Notes: generated by a model not told the origin, from the letters alone. Shown: positions 38,570 to 52,687, numbered from the whole stretch's first letter. The stretch: DNA of 63,927 nt, filler included, from Reticulomyxa filosa (GCA_000512085.1; 23 parts of 23 records of this genome joined end to end with filler, not necessarily neighbours in it); one strand, 5' to 3'. Program-made: numbers and translations.

Positions 38570-38989
38570 NNNNNNNNNNNNNNNNNNNNNNNNNNNNNNN
38601 NNNNNNNNNNNNNTTAATTAATTAANNNNNNNNNNNNNNNNNNNNNNNNNNNNNNNNNNNNNNNNNNNNTTCCTTTACTGTATAATTTTTATGTTCTACT
38701 TAACGTATTCATATTCAGTTAGTAGTAAATTCTTACCATATCCATTTCATTTATAATTTTGTATAACATCTTTTCCATACTTGCTTTTAGGGGTGGTATC
38801 TCTATCATCGATCTCATTGAAATGTATTTTGTTATTATATATGCTTACATTATTTTTGTTAAAGAAAATTGATTTTAAGTATTCGATAAATAATAGAATA
38901 CCTGGATCATAAATTTTATTTTCTCAAAATGACTATTTTATATAAAGTTTCCAAATTATCATTGCTTATTTCCATTTTGATATCATTTA

Positions 38990-39320
38990 CTAAATTAAAC
39001 GTCATTTTATATTCACTTTTCTCCACTGCAAACATGTGCTGTTTTGAATATTCATCATCCAACGCAACTGCAAGAATTATTAATGGCAACACAAATTGTT
39101 ATGACTACAAGTTGTATAATTGTAATTAATTAATATGAAAAAAAGAAAATAAAGTCAATATATTTGAAGTTGTGTATAATACATATCCAATTGTTAGTTA
39201 TTTCATAATTTAATTCTGTTTCAAATAAATTTTTAAAATTTTGTGCATCATCTTCCAAATTTGGAAGATTTACTAATAACATAATCACTGCAAATATGTT
39301 TCTAATTATTTTTCTTTACT
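38990..39320 (-). pseudogene. Possible caspase-like (peptidase C14 fold) remnant
   Basis: IIRNIFAVIMLLVNLPNLEDDAQNFKNLFETELNYE resembles the caspase N-terminal strand and helix (AL.I....L.G...D...L..LF..L.Y). No catalytic His/Cys seen; many stops. Confidence 0.35.
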
Positions 39321-40519
39321 ATTATTTTATCAGATAAAATATCATTTATTTTTAGTTATCGTAGTTTCAAACAACTTTTTCTTCATTCAACCACATTTCT
39401 GTCTTTGTTATCTAATTCTCAAATAATATTTATATGTTAACACTGCAACGTAGTCATATAATTATATTGGCAAAACATTTTTGAATATAGTCCATTTTTT
39501 GTCATGAACTAAATACCAAATAATAATAAAATGACATCACGAATAAGTATATTATCATATTCAAATGATCTGACTGTATTAAATTTGAATAATATAATCT
39601 TTTACTTTTCTTTTCTCGTAAAATTTATGTACTTACAAAGCAATAAAAACTAATTGTAGATATTTAATTTCTTTGATTTACCAATTTCATTGTTATCCTA
39701 AACATTCACAGATAAACATATATTTGTCTTTGGTTATATGATAATAATAACTTTTTTTTCCCCTAAAACCACCACAAATGAAGATTTCATGTCCTTATAT
39801 CACAAATTGTGCTTGTTATAGTGAAATTGTCAAATCTTTGATATTTTGAAATTTTTTATTAATCATTTGCTGTTTAAAAAAAGATAATAATTTTATTAAA
39901 GTCAGTAAATAAAAACTGATAAAAAAAAGCTTACAACAAACAAAGCAAAAAAAGATAAAAATCAATTAAACAGACTGTGTAAATAATATTGATATTATTC
40001 AATCTACAATCTTTATTTATCATATTTACTCATTATGTTTTTTTTATTTACATATTTGCCCATTTTTTCACATAGATATAAAATCATAAAACAATTTTAT
40101 ACATTTACTTATACATACATTTGCAATTATTTTTACTTTTACCTGTGCTAGTACTAATGTTTTTTTATTTATCCATTACGTATAATTTTTTTTTATATTT
40201 TGAATCCTGTTTTGTTTTGTTTTTGTAATTTTGAATCCTGTAATTTTAAATTAAAGTTACATTTAACTCATTCAAGTTGAAAGTTGCACAAATTTCTTTT
40301 AATTTTTTTGATTTGTATCAACAAAAATTTTATTTCAATTTTTTCATATTTGTGATATTATTGTTTTTTTTTCAAAAGAATTGGTAAATANNNNNNNNNN
40401 NNNNNNNNNNNNNNNNNNNNNNNNNNNNNNNNNNTTAATTAATTAANNNNNNNNNNNNNNNNNNNNNNNNNNNNNNNNNNNNNNNNNNNNCCATAAAATT
40501 AAAAAAAAAAAAAAAAGAG

Positions 40520-41560
40520 ATACAAAGAAATTGAAACAATAATCGCAAATTGGATTCATTCAGCATATATCGAAATGGGATGGATTCATGATTTTAATAT
40601 TACCATTTCACGATATATTATGGTAAGTAAATATTTATTTAAGTACGTTTTTTTTTTTTTTGAGATAATACATTTACACAAATAGATGAAATATTTCAAG
40701 CTATTAAAAGTTGTACAAGGACATCCCAATCATGTGGCAAGTATAAAATTTTCAACCGACGGTACTAAAATTGTTTCAACTTCCGCTGATGCCACTTGTA
40801 TTATTTGGGATATGAATTAGAAAAAAAACTTATAGTATTGAAAGGACATTCAAGTTGGGTGAATGATGCAAAATTTTCACCAGATGATAATTTCATTGTA
40901 TCTTGTTCACTTGACAAAACAATTCGATTGTGGGATATAAAATCTGGCATACAAATAAGAAAATTGGAAGGACATACAGATTTTATTAAAAACATCCAAT
41001 TTTCACCAAATGGACGAATTATTGTTTCTAGTTCACGTGATAATACAATTCGATTATGGGATTTACAATCTGGACAAGAGATTAAAAGATTTGAAGGAAT
41101 TGATGCACAATTTTCACCCGATGGTCAAAAATTGGTAACATCATCAAAAGATAATGCAATTGTAACTTGGAATGTAAAATCTGGCAAAAGAATAAATACA
41201 TTGAAAAGAGATACATATAGTGTAACTAAAGTTCAATTTTCTCCAGATGGTCATTTCATTATTTCCTGTTCATCAGATAAAACAATACGAATATGGGATA
41301 TAACTTCAGGAATGCAAGTGAAAAAATTATACGGACATTCGAATACTATTTTAGACGTGAAATATTCGCGAGATAGTAAAACTATCATATCATGTTCTTG
41401 GGATAAGACGGTTCGATGGTGGAATGTAAATTTTGGAATGGAAATACAAAAAATAGAAGGCTATGCAGGATTTGTACAAACTATAGATATTTCGCCAGAC
41501 GGTAATACAGTTGTCACAGCTTCTGATGATGGGACAATTCGTTTATGGGGGTCACTATAA
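40520..41560 (+). CDS. WD40-repeat protein
   Basis: About 7 GH...FSPDG...S.D.TIRLWD repeats. Preceded by exon EIETIIANWIHSAYIEMGWIHDF and an intron at 40623-40685. One frameshift at about 40814. Confidence 0.92.
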
Positions 41561-41871
41561 ATTTCGTTTTGTTTGAAATAATTTATTTCAAACAAATATC
41601 AAGCTTTTCTATCTTTCGTTTTTTTTGTTTTTATTTTTTACTTTGTACTTTTGCATATCTCCCTCTTTAGGGAAGGTATTTCGTTTGCTAATTGTATCAC
41701 TCTGAAAACTTAACTTTAATCTGTTTGATAAACCATATTGTTAGTCATTTTGTTGTTTCCACTCGATTATGACCCGGACTTGGTAAATGTAATTTTAATG
41801 TTTACAGTCTTAACTAAATTAACAATATGTTGGCCAATCTAAGGTTATAAGGCGTGTTGCACAAATCATTC

Positions 41872-42020
41872 TTTTCAGCTTTGCTGCCCTGCATTTTTTT
41901 CTTAAAATTATTTAAGTTGTTGAAAATGCAAGCAAAAATACGTATGACAAAATTGAGCGACAGCAATTCCGTCACGTTTTTATTGAGGAAAAACAATTTA
42001 ATTGAGCCTCCAATGATATT
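41872..42020 (+). repeat. Dispersed non-coding repeat, short copy
   Basis: TTTTCAGCTTTGCT, TGCATTTTTTTCTTAAAATT, GTATGACAAAATTGAGCGA and CAATTCCGTCACGTTTTTATTGAGGAAAAA are shared with 46983-47310. Confidence 0.85.
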
Positions 42021-45009
42021 TCGTTTTTGTTACTTTTGCACAACATAATCTAAAAGGAAGCAAAAAAAAAAACAATAATCTTCAAAAATTGGAATCTAAC
42101 TGTTCATATTTTTTTTTATTGGGTTGTACAAAAACAAATAAACCTAAAATAGCTATGTTACATTATTAAATTAAAAATAAACCAAAATGTTTTCCTCAGT
42201 ACTTATGATAATACTTGCTGCCCAAGGAAAAAAATTTGTGTTAACACCTTTTTTTTATTCCAAAACATATTTGATTGATAAAACAAACCCAAACACAAAG
42301 AGGGAAAAAAAAAAGAAGGGCCAGATAAAAGGTAAAATCATTTTTTCCTTTGTGATATTGCTAAGTATGGCTGGCCTCCGTTAAAATATTTAAGTAAAAT
42401 CTCCCCGACAATATGTCCCCACGCATAACTTCCATACAACTGTGATGCAATGGAATCAAAATAAGGGCACTGAGGATACGCGATGCTAAGATTGCTGGTG
42501 TCGAGTGCAATGACAAATGTGCAAGAAAGTTCCACCAATCATAAGTGGCAATAAATAAATAAGTGCCAATGGATTTGGTTTGACTAACCACACCAACAAT
42601 AACTGATTCAATTTTTTTGGCAGCGAAGCTACAGTGGTTATGATATATGAAAAACAGACACTTTAGGTCCAATTAAATCAAGTGTGTGGGTTTTCATTTG
42701 GAATTCTTTTCATTTTGTTGTATCAATGGAACACTGAAAAAATAAATAACAACGACACCGACATTTTCAGACATGTAACTTCGGAAGATTTAAATACATG
42801 ATTATTCTTTTCTTTTTGAATCACATTTATTTCATTTCTTTTAATTTTTTTCCAAAACCAATCAAGTACATAAATATATGTACGTATACATCGTATTTTG
42901 AACACGTCTTCAAAAGATAAAAGAAAGAAGAAATTAATGTATTCAACAAATAATAAACGCATTTATGGTGTAAGTTAGACATTTTATAACAATAAAATAT
43001 TTGTAACTTTTTTTGTGGATAAAATTTCAAATAGACTTCAACAAGAGGCGGATCATTTTGCCGGCCAAAGACTGAAGGTAAAATTCATAGTCAATTTGCT
43101 ATTCCACAATTATGCAACTCCGACAAATTGAACATTTCGATGAATAATCAAGCTTTGATGCTTCATATAGCCTTTCAAACCTAGTAACAAAATGAATGCA
43201 CACAACTTAATGTTATTGATGCTGCAAACATTTGTACACATAATCCACATTGGATATCCTTTTCTATTAGATGTAAAAACACATTGTCATCATCACTGTC
43301 ATAATTATTATCATTATCATTATCATTTTTATAACTATTTTCATATTTCTATACTTTTTGGCCCATCTTTGCTTTCTTTTTCCTTGCCTTATTTTATTGT
43401 TCATATTTTCATCATCTTCTTCCTTCTTTTTCGCTCTTTTTTGGAATTTCCTAGTCCTTTTGTTTATTTTCATGGCCAAAGAACTCGCACATCTTCCCAA
43501 CTTCCAATCGTTCATATTATTGACATTTTTGTTTTCATTGGCTTCATTGGATTCCGACTCTACATTCTCTTCCTCCTCCTTTTCTTTTTATCGTCTACTT
43601 CTACACGACCGCAAGAGGACACTACCCAAGCCCTTTTTTGCCAGGAATAGTGACAAGAGTCAATTCCTATTTCGCATAGTCGACGTTTACGCGTGACTCT
43701 TTTGGAGTACTTGAGATGAATTGAACTCATCTAATGTTCTTGTTTTTTTTTCTTGAAACTACCTCTAAAGAGTAGAACAGAACAAAACCCATCTATTGTA
43801 TATTGCCACCTGCAACGAATTCCAGTCATCAGTTTTTTCAAACACGCAAGTGAAAATTAGTTAAGTCAAATCGAATCTATTTGCATATTTTCGACATTAC
43901 TGTAGTTTTTTCGATTTGATTAATTGTTTATTTACAGCCATAATAAAACGAAACTCAAAAATATTCCAATTCAGAAATTTTTTGCGAGAAAGCTGATAGT
44001 TTAGTTTTGTGGTGAGAGATAAATATCAGTGAGCTTGGAGAATTGGGACTATTTGAATTAAAATCACAAAACAACCAAAATTCAGCACAAAAAGACAGAA
44101 ATTTTTTCTGTGTGAATGGCTTTGTGCTTCTCAAGAAATTTGAGACACGTGCCAAATGTGGTAATGCCTTGGGATCGAACGTGCCACCAACTTTGAATTT
44201 ATTTGAAGTTCGCTATGCTCTTTGTTTGATGGCGCCGCAACCATTTTCAAATTGCTCGATCGACGAGTCTCGGATCCTTTGGAAATCTACGTATACGTGT
44301 GTATTAATCATATACGTTTCAAATATCTTTCAATCACGTTATAAGAAAACATTATAACTTGGACATATGTTGGGTATATCATTACGAAATAATCACCTCA
44401 ATTTTCAAATTGTTCAATTCTTTTCAATCAGTCATGAGCCACATTCATGGACCTTCAATTTTTTTTTAAAATTACGACATTCAAAGCGCAATGTACAAGC
44501 TATGATCACTGCGCCATCACCAAAATATTGATTTGTTCATAACTGAACAAATATTTGTCATTGGAAAAATGCATGCGTGCGTTCTTTATAGTGTGACTCC
44601 AGGATTGACTATTATTTCAATCAGCAACAATTCGACTTGAGGTTGCCACTTTTACTTTCACGTGCTGCAACAATCGATAATGCTGCTACTGTTGTCACTG
44701 TTGCTATTGCTGCTGGGGATTCGCTGCAGCATCAATGGCACTAGAAACCGCAACGACTTGTCCGTCTGAATGTGGCACAATTTCATTTCAATTTGTGCAC
44801 TTTTGAATATCTATACACAAATTTCAAGTAACACATGCACACACATGTAAGTATATATGTATAAAGATGTTTATGTTGCTATTATCAATTGAATATATAT
44901 GTACATATATAAAATAATTAAACTTTTTCAAGAATAGACCAAAGCAAGATTTATGACATCAGGTGACAGGAAAGGGGGCCAGCGCAACTAAATGACCAAT
45001 TAGATAACA

Positions 45010-46120
45010 TCAAACCTTGTAATGCAATAAAATAAGTTCTTGCTTTGCGCGCCTCGACTTCAATGCCAACGCTTCTATCAAGTGTTCGATTATTTGGACC
45101 ATTGAGTGAACTTGGGGAGTTGTTGACATTGAAATACTTGTTCCCTCTTGCGCTTCATTTCTTGAGTGGCAGTCTTGCCAATAACATATCATCGAATCAG
45201 ATTGAGCTGGTTTTTGGTAATCAAACGACTCGTGACTAGCGACAGCATCTTTGAGATAGGGGAAGTGAGAAAAAAAAATGGGGAATAATGCAATCCACTT
45301 CTGACGCTGTTTTATAAGTATCAACACAGCGAACACAGCGCCCCCAACGCATTGAAATAATTGATTGCTTGTTTCGCCAAATGATTTAGCAACTTTTGAA
45401 TCGTCCATCCAATTATCGACCACCACGACGTTGTTACTTTTCATAATCAACGATGCAGCAACCTTATATCTTTTGCGCACACCGAACCAAAGTCTCTGAG
45501 TACAACAACGATACGCAAATGTTAGAGCAAATAACACACGTCCAATATCTTTCAACAGCAGAATAATGAATAGTACTGCGTTTGTCATTAGCATTGCCAC
45601 TTTTTGACATTGCCACACCCGTCCAACAGCTTCCATTGAGGCGCACGATATGAAGCCAGTACATGTCCGAGAATACGCAAAGTCGCATTCGCGCGTAGAT
45701 AGCATTTCATAACTAATGCGGCAAAGCTGACGAATTTTTTTTTTTAAAAAACAAATCCAACGTGAATACCTCAGGACTCTTGGGATAATCTTTATTATCT
45801 TCATCGTCATTATCTTCTTCACCTTCATCTTTTTGTTTGGCGGTGGTCTTTGAGTTTCGCAAAAATCTCCCACTCCCACACTAAATTGAGCAACTTGTAC
45901 ATGAAGCGATTTTTCTAACGCTGTGGTTTGACCTACTATCAACGACATCTTTTTTCTTGTATTGCACTTGTTCGGTTGACCCAATCGCTGCCTCCATTGT
46001 GATGCAACTGATACTTTGTGCGATATTAGCGAGTCTTTGTTTTCTTTTTTTCTTGGCAGGCTTGATTCCATATACGGTCGGCAATTGAGATACCCAAGAT
46101 CCAGGTCGTCGGAACTGCTC
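45010..46120 (-). pseudogene. Degenerate coding region containing a member of the ~1.12-kb repeat family
   Basis: TTALEKSLHVQVAQF here versus TTSEESLHVKVAQF at about 25727-25770. The 353-aa ORF looks like a frameshifted mosaic. Confidence 0.55.
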
Positions 46121-46789
46121 CTACTCTACAATCCAATTTTACTATTTTTTTTTCTTTGTCACAAGCGGAGGGGGGGGGGAGGTCTATTTTTTGTTTGTGC
46201 GGGGGCATGCCTATTCACAAAACAAATAAACATTTGATAATAAAATATAAAAATTCAAACAAAAAATTCAAACCTTTTTTTTTCTAATGCGGTGGATGAT
46301 TCAACCTCAATTTTCTTTGAAGATGAAGGTACGTTTTTTTGTTTTTTTTGTAGACGGGCTGCGGCTGTGATTCAAACGCAAACAATTTATTATATTAAAA
46401 TATATAAATATATAACAAACCTTTTTGACTCCTTGCGGAGACGGGGGGCCTTACCCATTATTCTCTTTTTTTTTTTTTTTGTTGAATGATGCAGAGCATC
46501 CAAAGATAAACACCATTTTTTATTTATTTATCGAAGTGGACACGAACGTACAAAAAAAAAAAGAAACCCTTTTCCTATTCATTAAGACGTAATATTCAAC
46601 TTATAAATGTTTATAAAAAAATATGTCGAAGTTGCAATTTTGTGAATATTTTGACGAAAAAACTTGAAAAAAGCAAATAATTGTTAAAATTTTTGGATAG
46701 CATTTTATTTGTGCTTGTACAATTTTGATTCCCAAAACAACTTAACGATAGATAATTGAAAATTATATGAGAAAAAGTTTTCCCTTTTT

Positions 46790-46965
46790 TGATGACTTTA
46801 TTTTATTTTTTGGCGGTCAAAATTATGATGGATTTTGTATTTCAAATGACGTATACAAATATTCGATTGTAGATAAAAAATGGATGAAATTTGATTTAAT
46901 TACAGTATTGAATGAAAGCGACATGTTTATACATATTATTGGAGGATATAATGGAAACAGTGGTT
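46790..46965 (+). pseudogene. Kelch-type beta-propeller fragment
   Basis: ILFFGG...NDVYKYSIVDKKW and FIHIIGGY Kelch motifs. Truncated directly by the non-coding repeat. Confidence 0.7.
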
Positions 46966-46982
46966 ATTGTACAAATCATTAT

Positions 46983-47310
46983 TTTCAGCTTTGCTACCCT
47001 GATGCAACTTTGCATTTTTTTCTTAAAATTGTTACATTATATCCAAAAAAAAAGTGTTGATGAAAATGTAAGCAATGCAACGACAAAAGAAAAAACAGAT
47101 ACTGCAAAAATATGTATGACAAAATTGAGCGATTCCAAACTCGGCGAAATGTTTTCGAAAAAATCAATCAATTTTGTTTTATTCATATGATATATCATTC
47201 GTTTGTAAAATACAAAATTGAAACTGAAACACATCAATTCCGTCACGTTTTTATTGAGGAAAAAAATTTAAAATACAATAAATTATCTTAATTGAGTGTC
47301 CACTGATATT
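46983..47310 (+). repeat. Dispersed non-coding repeat, long copy
   Basis: Same anchors as 41872-42020, with extra internal segments. Confidence 0.85.
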
Positions 47311-50296
47311 TTTTTTTTNNNNNNNNNNNNNNNNNNNNNNNNNNNNNNNNNNNNNNNNNNNNTTAATTAATTAANNNNNNNNNNNNNNNNNNNNNNNNNN
47401 NNNNNNNNNNNNNNNNNNAAAAAAAAAAAGGGGTCCTTTCTCTTTGCCGTAATGAACATGGAACTACTTTCAATTCTGTGCAATCAAAAAATCTATAAAT
47501 AAAATTTAAAAAATTATCTGAGAATAAGAATTGTATCATTACCAGACATAAGATCGATACAATTACTTGAGATCAAGAAAAAATCTGCTTGAAATAAATG
47601 TTGCAGATATCTGAAACAAGTTACACAAATAAACGATACTTGAAAAAAAGATTTCAAAAATATGGCAATATTAAAAACAGACAATCACAGCTAAAATGCA
47701 ACCAATTTACATCATGATAGCAACACAATAAAACTCAAAAGAAAAAAACAAAATATAACAGAATCAAATGTGTTCTAGCAATGCTGTTTTTCATTTCCGG
47801 ACTGTCTGCATGCATTCCGAGTACATAATACGTATGTTCAATTTGCTTCTCCTGCTGCAGCAAAACGCTTTGTAATACAGATTGAATCTCATGACAACGG
47901 CGATGATGATACAATCGAAAGCGTCTTTCAGCAACCAATGCAATGAAGCGAAGAAGAAGAAGAAGAAAGAGGAGATACGTTGATACAACTGTGACTCCAA
48001 GATTAGACAATGATATCAACGTCATCTTAAGTGACTGTAATAAACTAGCAACGAACGGAGCCAATAGCAATGGCGACCAATTGGAAGGCAATATTTGTGG
48101 CCTTGTATCTATTCACATTTAATACAATGCTTTGATCATTGTATAATGTGTTGAGCTGTTGGTCTGTCTCTGGACATAAATGGAATCGACATTGCTTCGA
48201 CGCAAAATGATTGGCAGTGTTCGTGTATTGGCAAAACAATTGACCATTGGAAATATCGATATTATCACAATGACGAGATATGACATTGAGAGTGTGTGCA
48301 CTGTGAGCAAGACGGCAATTACTTTCTTGATTCGAATGTCGTGCTTGGAAAAGATCAATCAATCTGTATTCGATTGAGTGTAGATAACACTTCCAATATT
48401 GTTTCCCGGTCAATATCTCTTCATGTGTCTTTCTCATTGATATTGTTCACTGTTGTTAATGTCGTTTATCATGGAAGAGTCACTATATTATTATTTTTTG
48501 GACATCGTTTGCAAACAAATTTTCTTTATAGTTTTTGTGACGCTTCTCATTATCACCAAGACAGCAGTATTTACTTCATCATTTTTATACTTGTTTTCTC
48601 CTTCTTCTTCATTTGCGATTCCATTAGCTTCATTGTCTGTGAAACTTGGCATATTTTAGCTGTTGTGAAAACAAAAGCAATAACCAACAAATTAATGAAA
48701 ATTATTTAGAAAGAAAGACGCAAATAAGCAATGGCTCTTAACTTCAATCTTCTTTCAAAAGTATTCGAATCATTTCCTGCCAATCCCACTTGACGGTAGT
48801 ATACTACAATTTTAATATTTTTCATTAAATCAATATCAATTGTATCTTGGAAGTGCTTCGATGCATCTTTGGCTATCGAGGGGAGGATCACAAATAACGT
48901 AATCACAAATATATATAAAGGGAGATGATTAATGTTTAGCTTGTTATGTGAATTGTTGCTTTGGAGTGACTTGAATGGAGGCTTGCAAGCACATAACAAT
49001 TTGTGTATTGATCCTTTTCTCACATTCATCCTTTCTTCTCTTAATAAGAATATTTCTTGCACGATTCATCATCATTTGTTATTTTCTTGACATTGACCAT
49101 ATGTCACTAATACTATTCGTCGATTTTTTTTTCTCTTTCATTCATACTATTTTTCTTTTTCTTCTTCTTGTTCTCTTTCTTCTTATTCATTTTATTCTTG
49201 TTCTTCATGTTCTTTCTTCTTTTTCTTGTCTTGTTCTTGTTTTTTTCTTGTCCTTGTTCTTCTTATCATTGTTTTCCTTCATGTCCTTCTTCTTGTTCTC
49301 TTCTTTCTCTTCCTTTTATCTCAAATCTAAAATAAATCATTCTACAATGAAAAGACCAATGCTCACATGTTTGAGTAAGATATATTACAACTTAAAATAT
49401 GATAAAAATTCAAATAGAACACACCATCTATATTATCCTTGGTAGCCACTCAATTGCATTAACAAATTGGGCCGTGTCGATATCATTTCCATCACCTTCA
49501 AGTTGTGCTGTCACACATAATTAAATAATCCCAGAACTGACTTGAAATTGCAATTGTTGATCGTTGTTGAGTCTTTGCCAAAGTATTGTAGCTAGCCTTT
49601 GAGTCGTCGAGCTAATTCTATAATGTTAAAAATATGTTTAAGATTTGTTTCAAACACAAATGAAAGAAGGGTGATACTTAACTGGTGCTATCCACGAACG
49701 GGATACCAATAATTTTTTCAAAAAAAAACAAAAACAATTGTTATCTTTTTTTTATTTTATTTTTTCATTATTTTCACTTATATTTTTTTCATNNNNNNNN
49801 NNNNNNNNNNNNNNNNNNNNNNNNNNNNNNNNNNNNTTAATTAATTAANNNNNNNNNNNNNNNNNNNNNNNNNNNNNNNNNNNNNNNNNNNNCAACCGTT
49901 GATTGATCTCGCCGTACAACCTTTGAGTTTATTTGTTTTTTTATATTTTAAAGATTAAATTAAAACTTAAAATATTTTTTTTTCACTTGTTGTTGTTGAT
50001 TGTGTGAGTTTTTGATATGTTTTATTGATCTTTTCCTTTTTTTTGTTTGTTTTTATTAGAGTACTATGTTCCTTTTGGATAATGAACCTGCAGATTGGTA
50101 AATTACGCTTTTAAACTGAATTCTCTGATCCTTATTTTCGAAGTGTTGAAGTCTCATAAAATATTGAGATTTAATTCGCTTCTTTAAACAAATTAGAAAA
50201 ATCTAAAACAAAGATTAAAATTTAATACTTAAAATAATCAATTGTGTGCGAATGTTTAATTGCAATTATTCAATGGAAAGTTGATCAATTTTTTGC

Positions 50297-51210
50297 TTGC
50301 AAGCTTTGTTTGGTCTTTCTATTCTGTTTCAACCGCTGTTTTCAGAAATTTCGCTTGGTATACTCGTTGTTCGATATCTGATCTTACGGCTTTATCCATT
50401 TGGTACCACAGGTGGTTTTAAAGGATTTAAACCTTATTACCCTGTTGGACCTGGACGTTTTACAGATATCACCGAAAAAGATTACCAAGATGGTCTAATG
50501 GGTATGTATCACGTCGAAGTTACACCACCAAAAAACTTATTGAACACAATTATTGCTCGCCGTACCAAAGACTTTTCACTCGATATATTAGGTACACCTA
50601 TATTTAAGTAATGGAGCGGTAGTGTATACGTAGAGTCGTAGAGCCTTTTGGGGTATTTATTCCTCTATCATTTTAAAATTTGCAGAACACTTTGACTATC
50701 GTTACCGTTTTAAAAAAAGGCACAATGATCAAATTGACAATATGTTCGACTTTGTGGGCGAGGTGTATAAGCTAAAGAATGAGCAAGATATACTCAAGCA
50801 GCAAAAAAAGCGTTAAAATTCAGTTCTCCGTCAATGCCTCAAATTATTTATGAACTCTTTTTTTGGTCGACAAGCGATGAACTACCGTGGAGCTCAAAAG
50901 AAATGATTGCTTCTGTTATGGAATTAATGAAACTAATGAAGGATGGGACAATAACGAAATATTCCAGTTTTATGCTTTATGGTATTCCAATTATCACCCA
51001 TCCGAATTTAACAATAGGAGACTAATACAAAATAATGTCTTTATATTGGGCTGGGCAAAGGTTATTTATTTCAGTCATTTGTATGGTTTGCGAGGGTATG
51101 TTGCTCCTGATACGTGTGGCTCCTGTTTATAGTTGAATTAATTTAAAGCTTTATAAAATATATGATGTTTTGTATGGTGATACTGACAGTGCTATTGTGC
51201 ATAATTTATT
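50297..51210 (+). mobile_element. Decayed protein-primed family B DNA polymerase (Polinton/virus/linear-plasmid type)
   Basis: Motif A DLT-x-LYP (50380-50398, frameshifted) followed by YYPVGP; FDFVGEVYKLKNEQD; motif B KLFMNSFFGR (50841-50870); FILGWAK; motif C YDVLYGDTDS (51161-51190). Multiple stops and frameshifts. Confidence 0.85.
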
Positions 51211-52474
51211 TTTTTTTAGCAAGAATGAGATTTTATACAAGTTAAAATGAGCACCTCGTCCCAAAAGGAACATAGTACTCTNNNNNNNNNNNNNNNNNNN
51301 NNNNNNNNNNNNNNNNNNNNNNNNNTTAATTAATTAANNNNNNNNNNNNNNNNNNNNNNNNNNNNNNNNNNNNNNNNNNNNTTTGCTTGCTTAGCCATTT
51401 TATATTATTATTGTTATTATTTTTTATCTTTTTGCGCACATAGAATACAATCAATCCCTACGAGACGCTCGCAAATTGAGAAGAAAGGTAGACAAAGAGA
51501 CGGGGAAACAGGAAACAGAGAAAGAAAAACCATTAGCAGAACAATCTTTTCGGGCAGTATCACCCGCGCCGCCCGTGGAACAGCTGTAAATTTTTTGGTT
51601 ATGTTGTTGTTGTTGATTTGAAAGGGATGATTTTTTTTTTTTTGAACCATCCTTTTTTTTGTTTGCTTTTCAAACCTTATAGTAACGTGGGAAAAAAAAT
51701 ACAAAACTAAAAATCAAACAAAAATAACAAGAAATAATGCTTGTTCTCTTTATTACAAATTTCTTAACCTTTTTTTTTGGATCCTTTCTATATAATGCCA
51801 TCGCCCTTTTTTTAATTCCTTCTCCCAATTTTTTGGAACTGTACAAAACAAAAGAAATAAGCCAAAATCCCATTTTGCCAATTGTTATGTACTTACACAA
51901 CCAATGTACGGCTATGTAGAGTACCTCCTCTCTGAAGTCCAGCTCTAAAAGAACTTGAAAACTTTTTCCCTTTCAAATTATTCTTTTGAAAATGTAAAAG
52001 CTGTAGACAACCAGGCTATAACTGAAGCAAACAGTCATACAATAATTTTGTAATAACAAATTTCTTTTAACAGTATTTAAAGAAATATTCGTTACAAACA
52101 TATTTCGATTATAAAAATAAAGCAAAATGACATTGTCCTTTGGTTTGAAACAAAAATATTTTTAAAAAGCAAAGGAAGATTTCACTTTTGAAAATTTGCA
52201 TTATTTTTAGATTTTAAAAAGAGCGATCCATTGTCCACCATATTTAATATTATTCTCAAAACAAACACATAAAACACATTGACATTGTGGTTGCAATAAC
52301 ATCATTCCAAAAATAATTTATTTTTATGTTCATGATTGCCTTGCATTTATCACTCTTCAAATTACAACAGTAATATTGTTACTTTATTAACATATCCTTC
52401 AAAAATACTCAATAAAATATTTAACTGATTCCATTTTACTGAAACAAATTAACAGTATACTCAATCTTCAGTCA

Positions 52475-52687
52475 CTACTTTTCCATTTCATATGAACAAT
52501 TCTTCATGATCAAATCACAACTATCAATAACGCTTGCTCGTTTCATTGAAGGATGAATATAAAATATATCCAAAAAATGCTGTTTATGATGTCTAAATTG
52601 TATTTTATCATAACTGAATTCGGCATTACATGACTTATCACAATAAAATATATACATTAATGTAATATAATTAAGTAGATATTCCAT
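52475..52687 (-). pseudogene. Degenerate fragment of a lineage-expanded family, possibly ADP-ribosyltransferase-like
   Basis: YCDKSCNAEFSYDKIQFRHHK...HPSMKRASVIDSCD looks coding and is surrounded by stops. The family call is from recall only. Confidence 0.3.
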
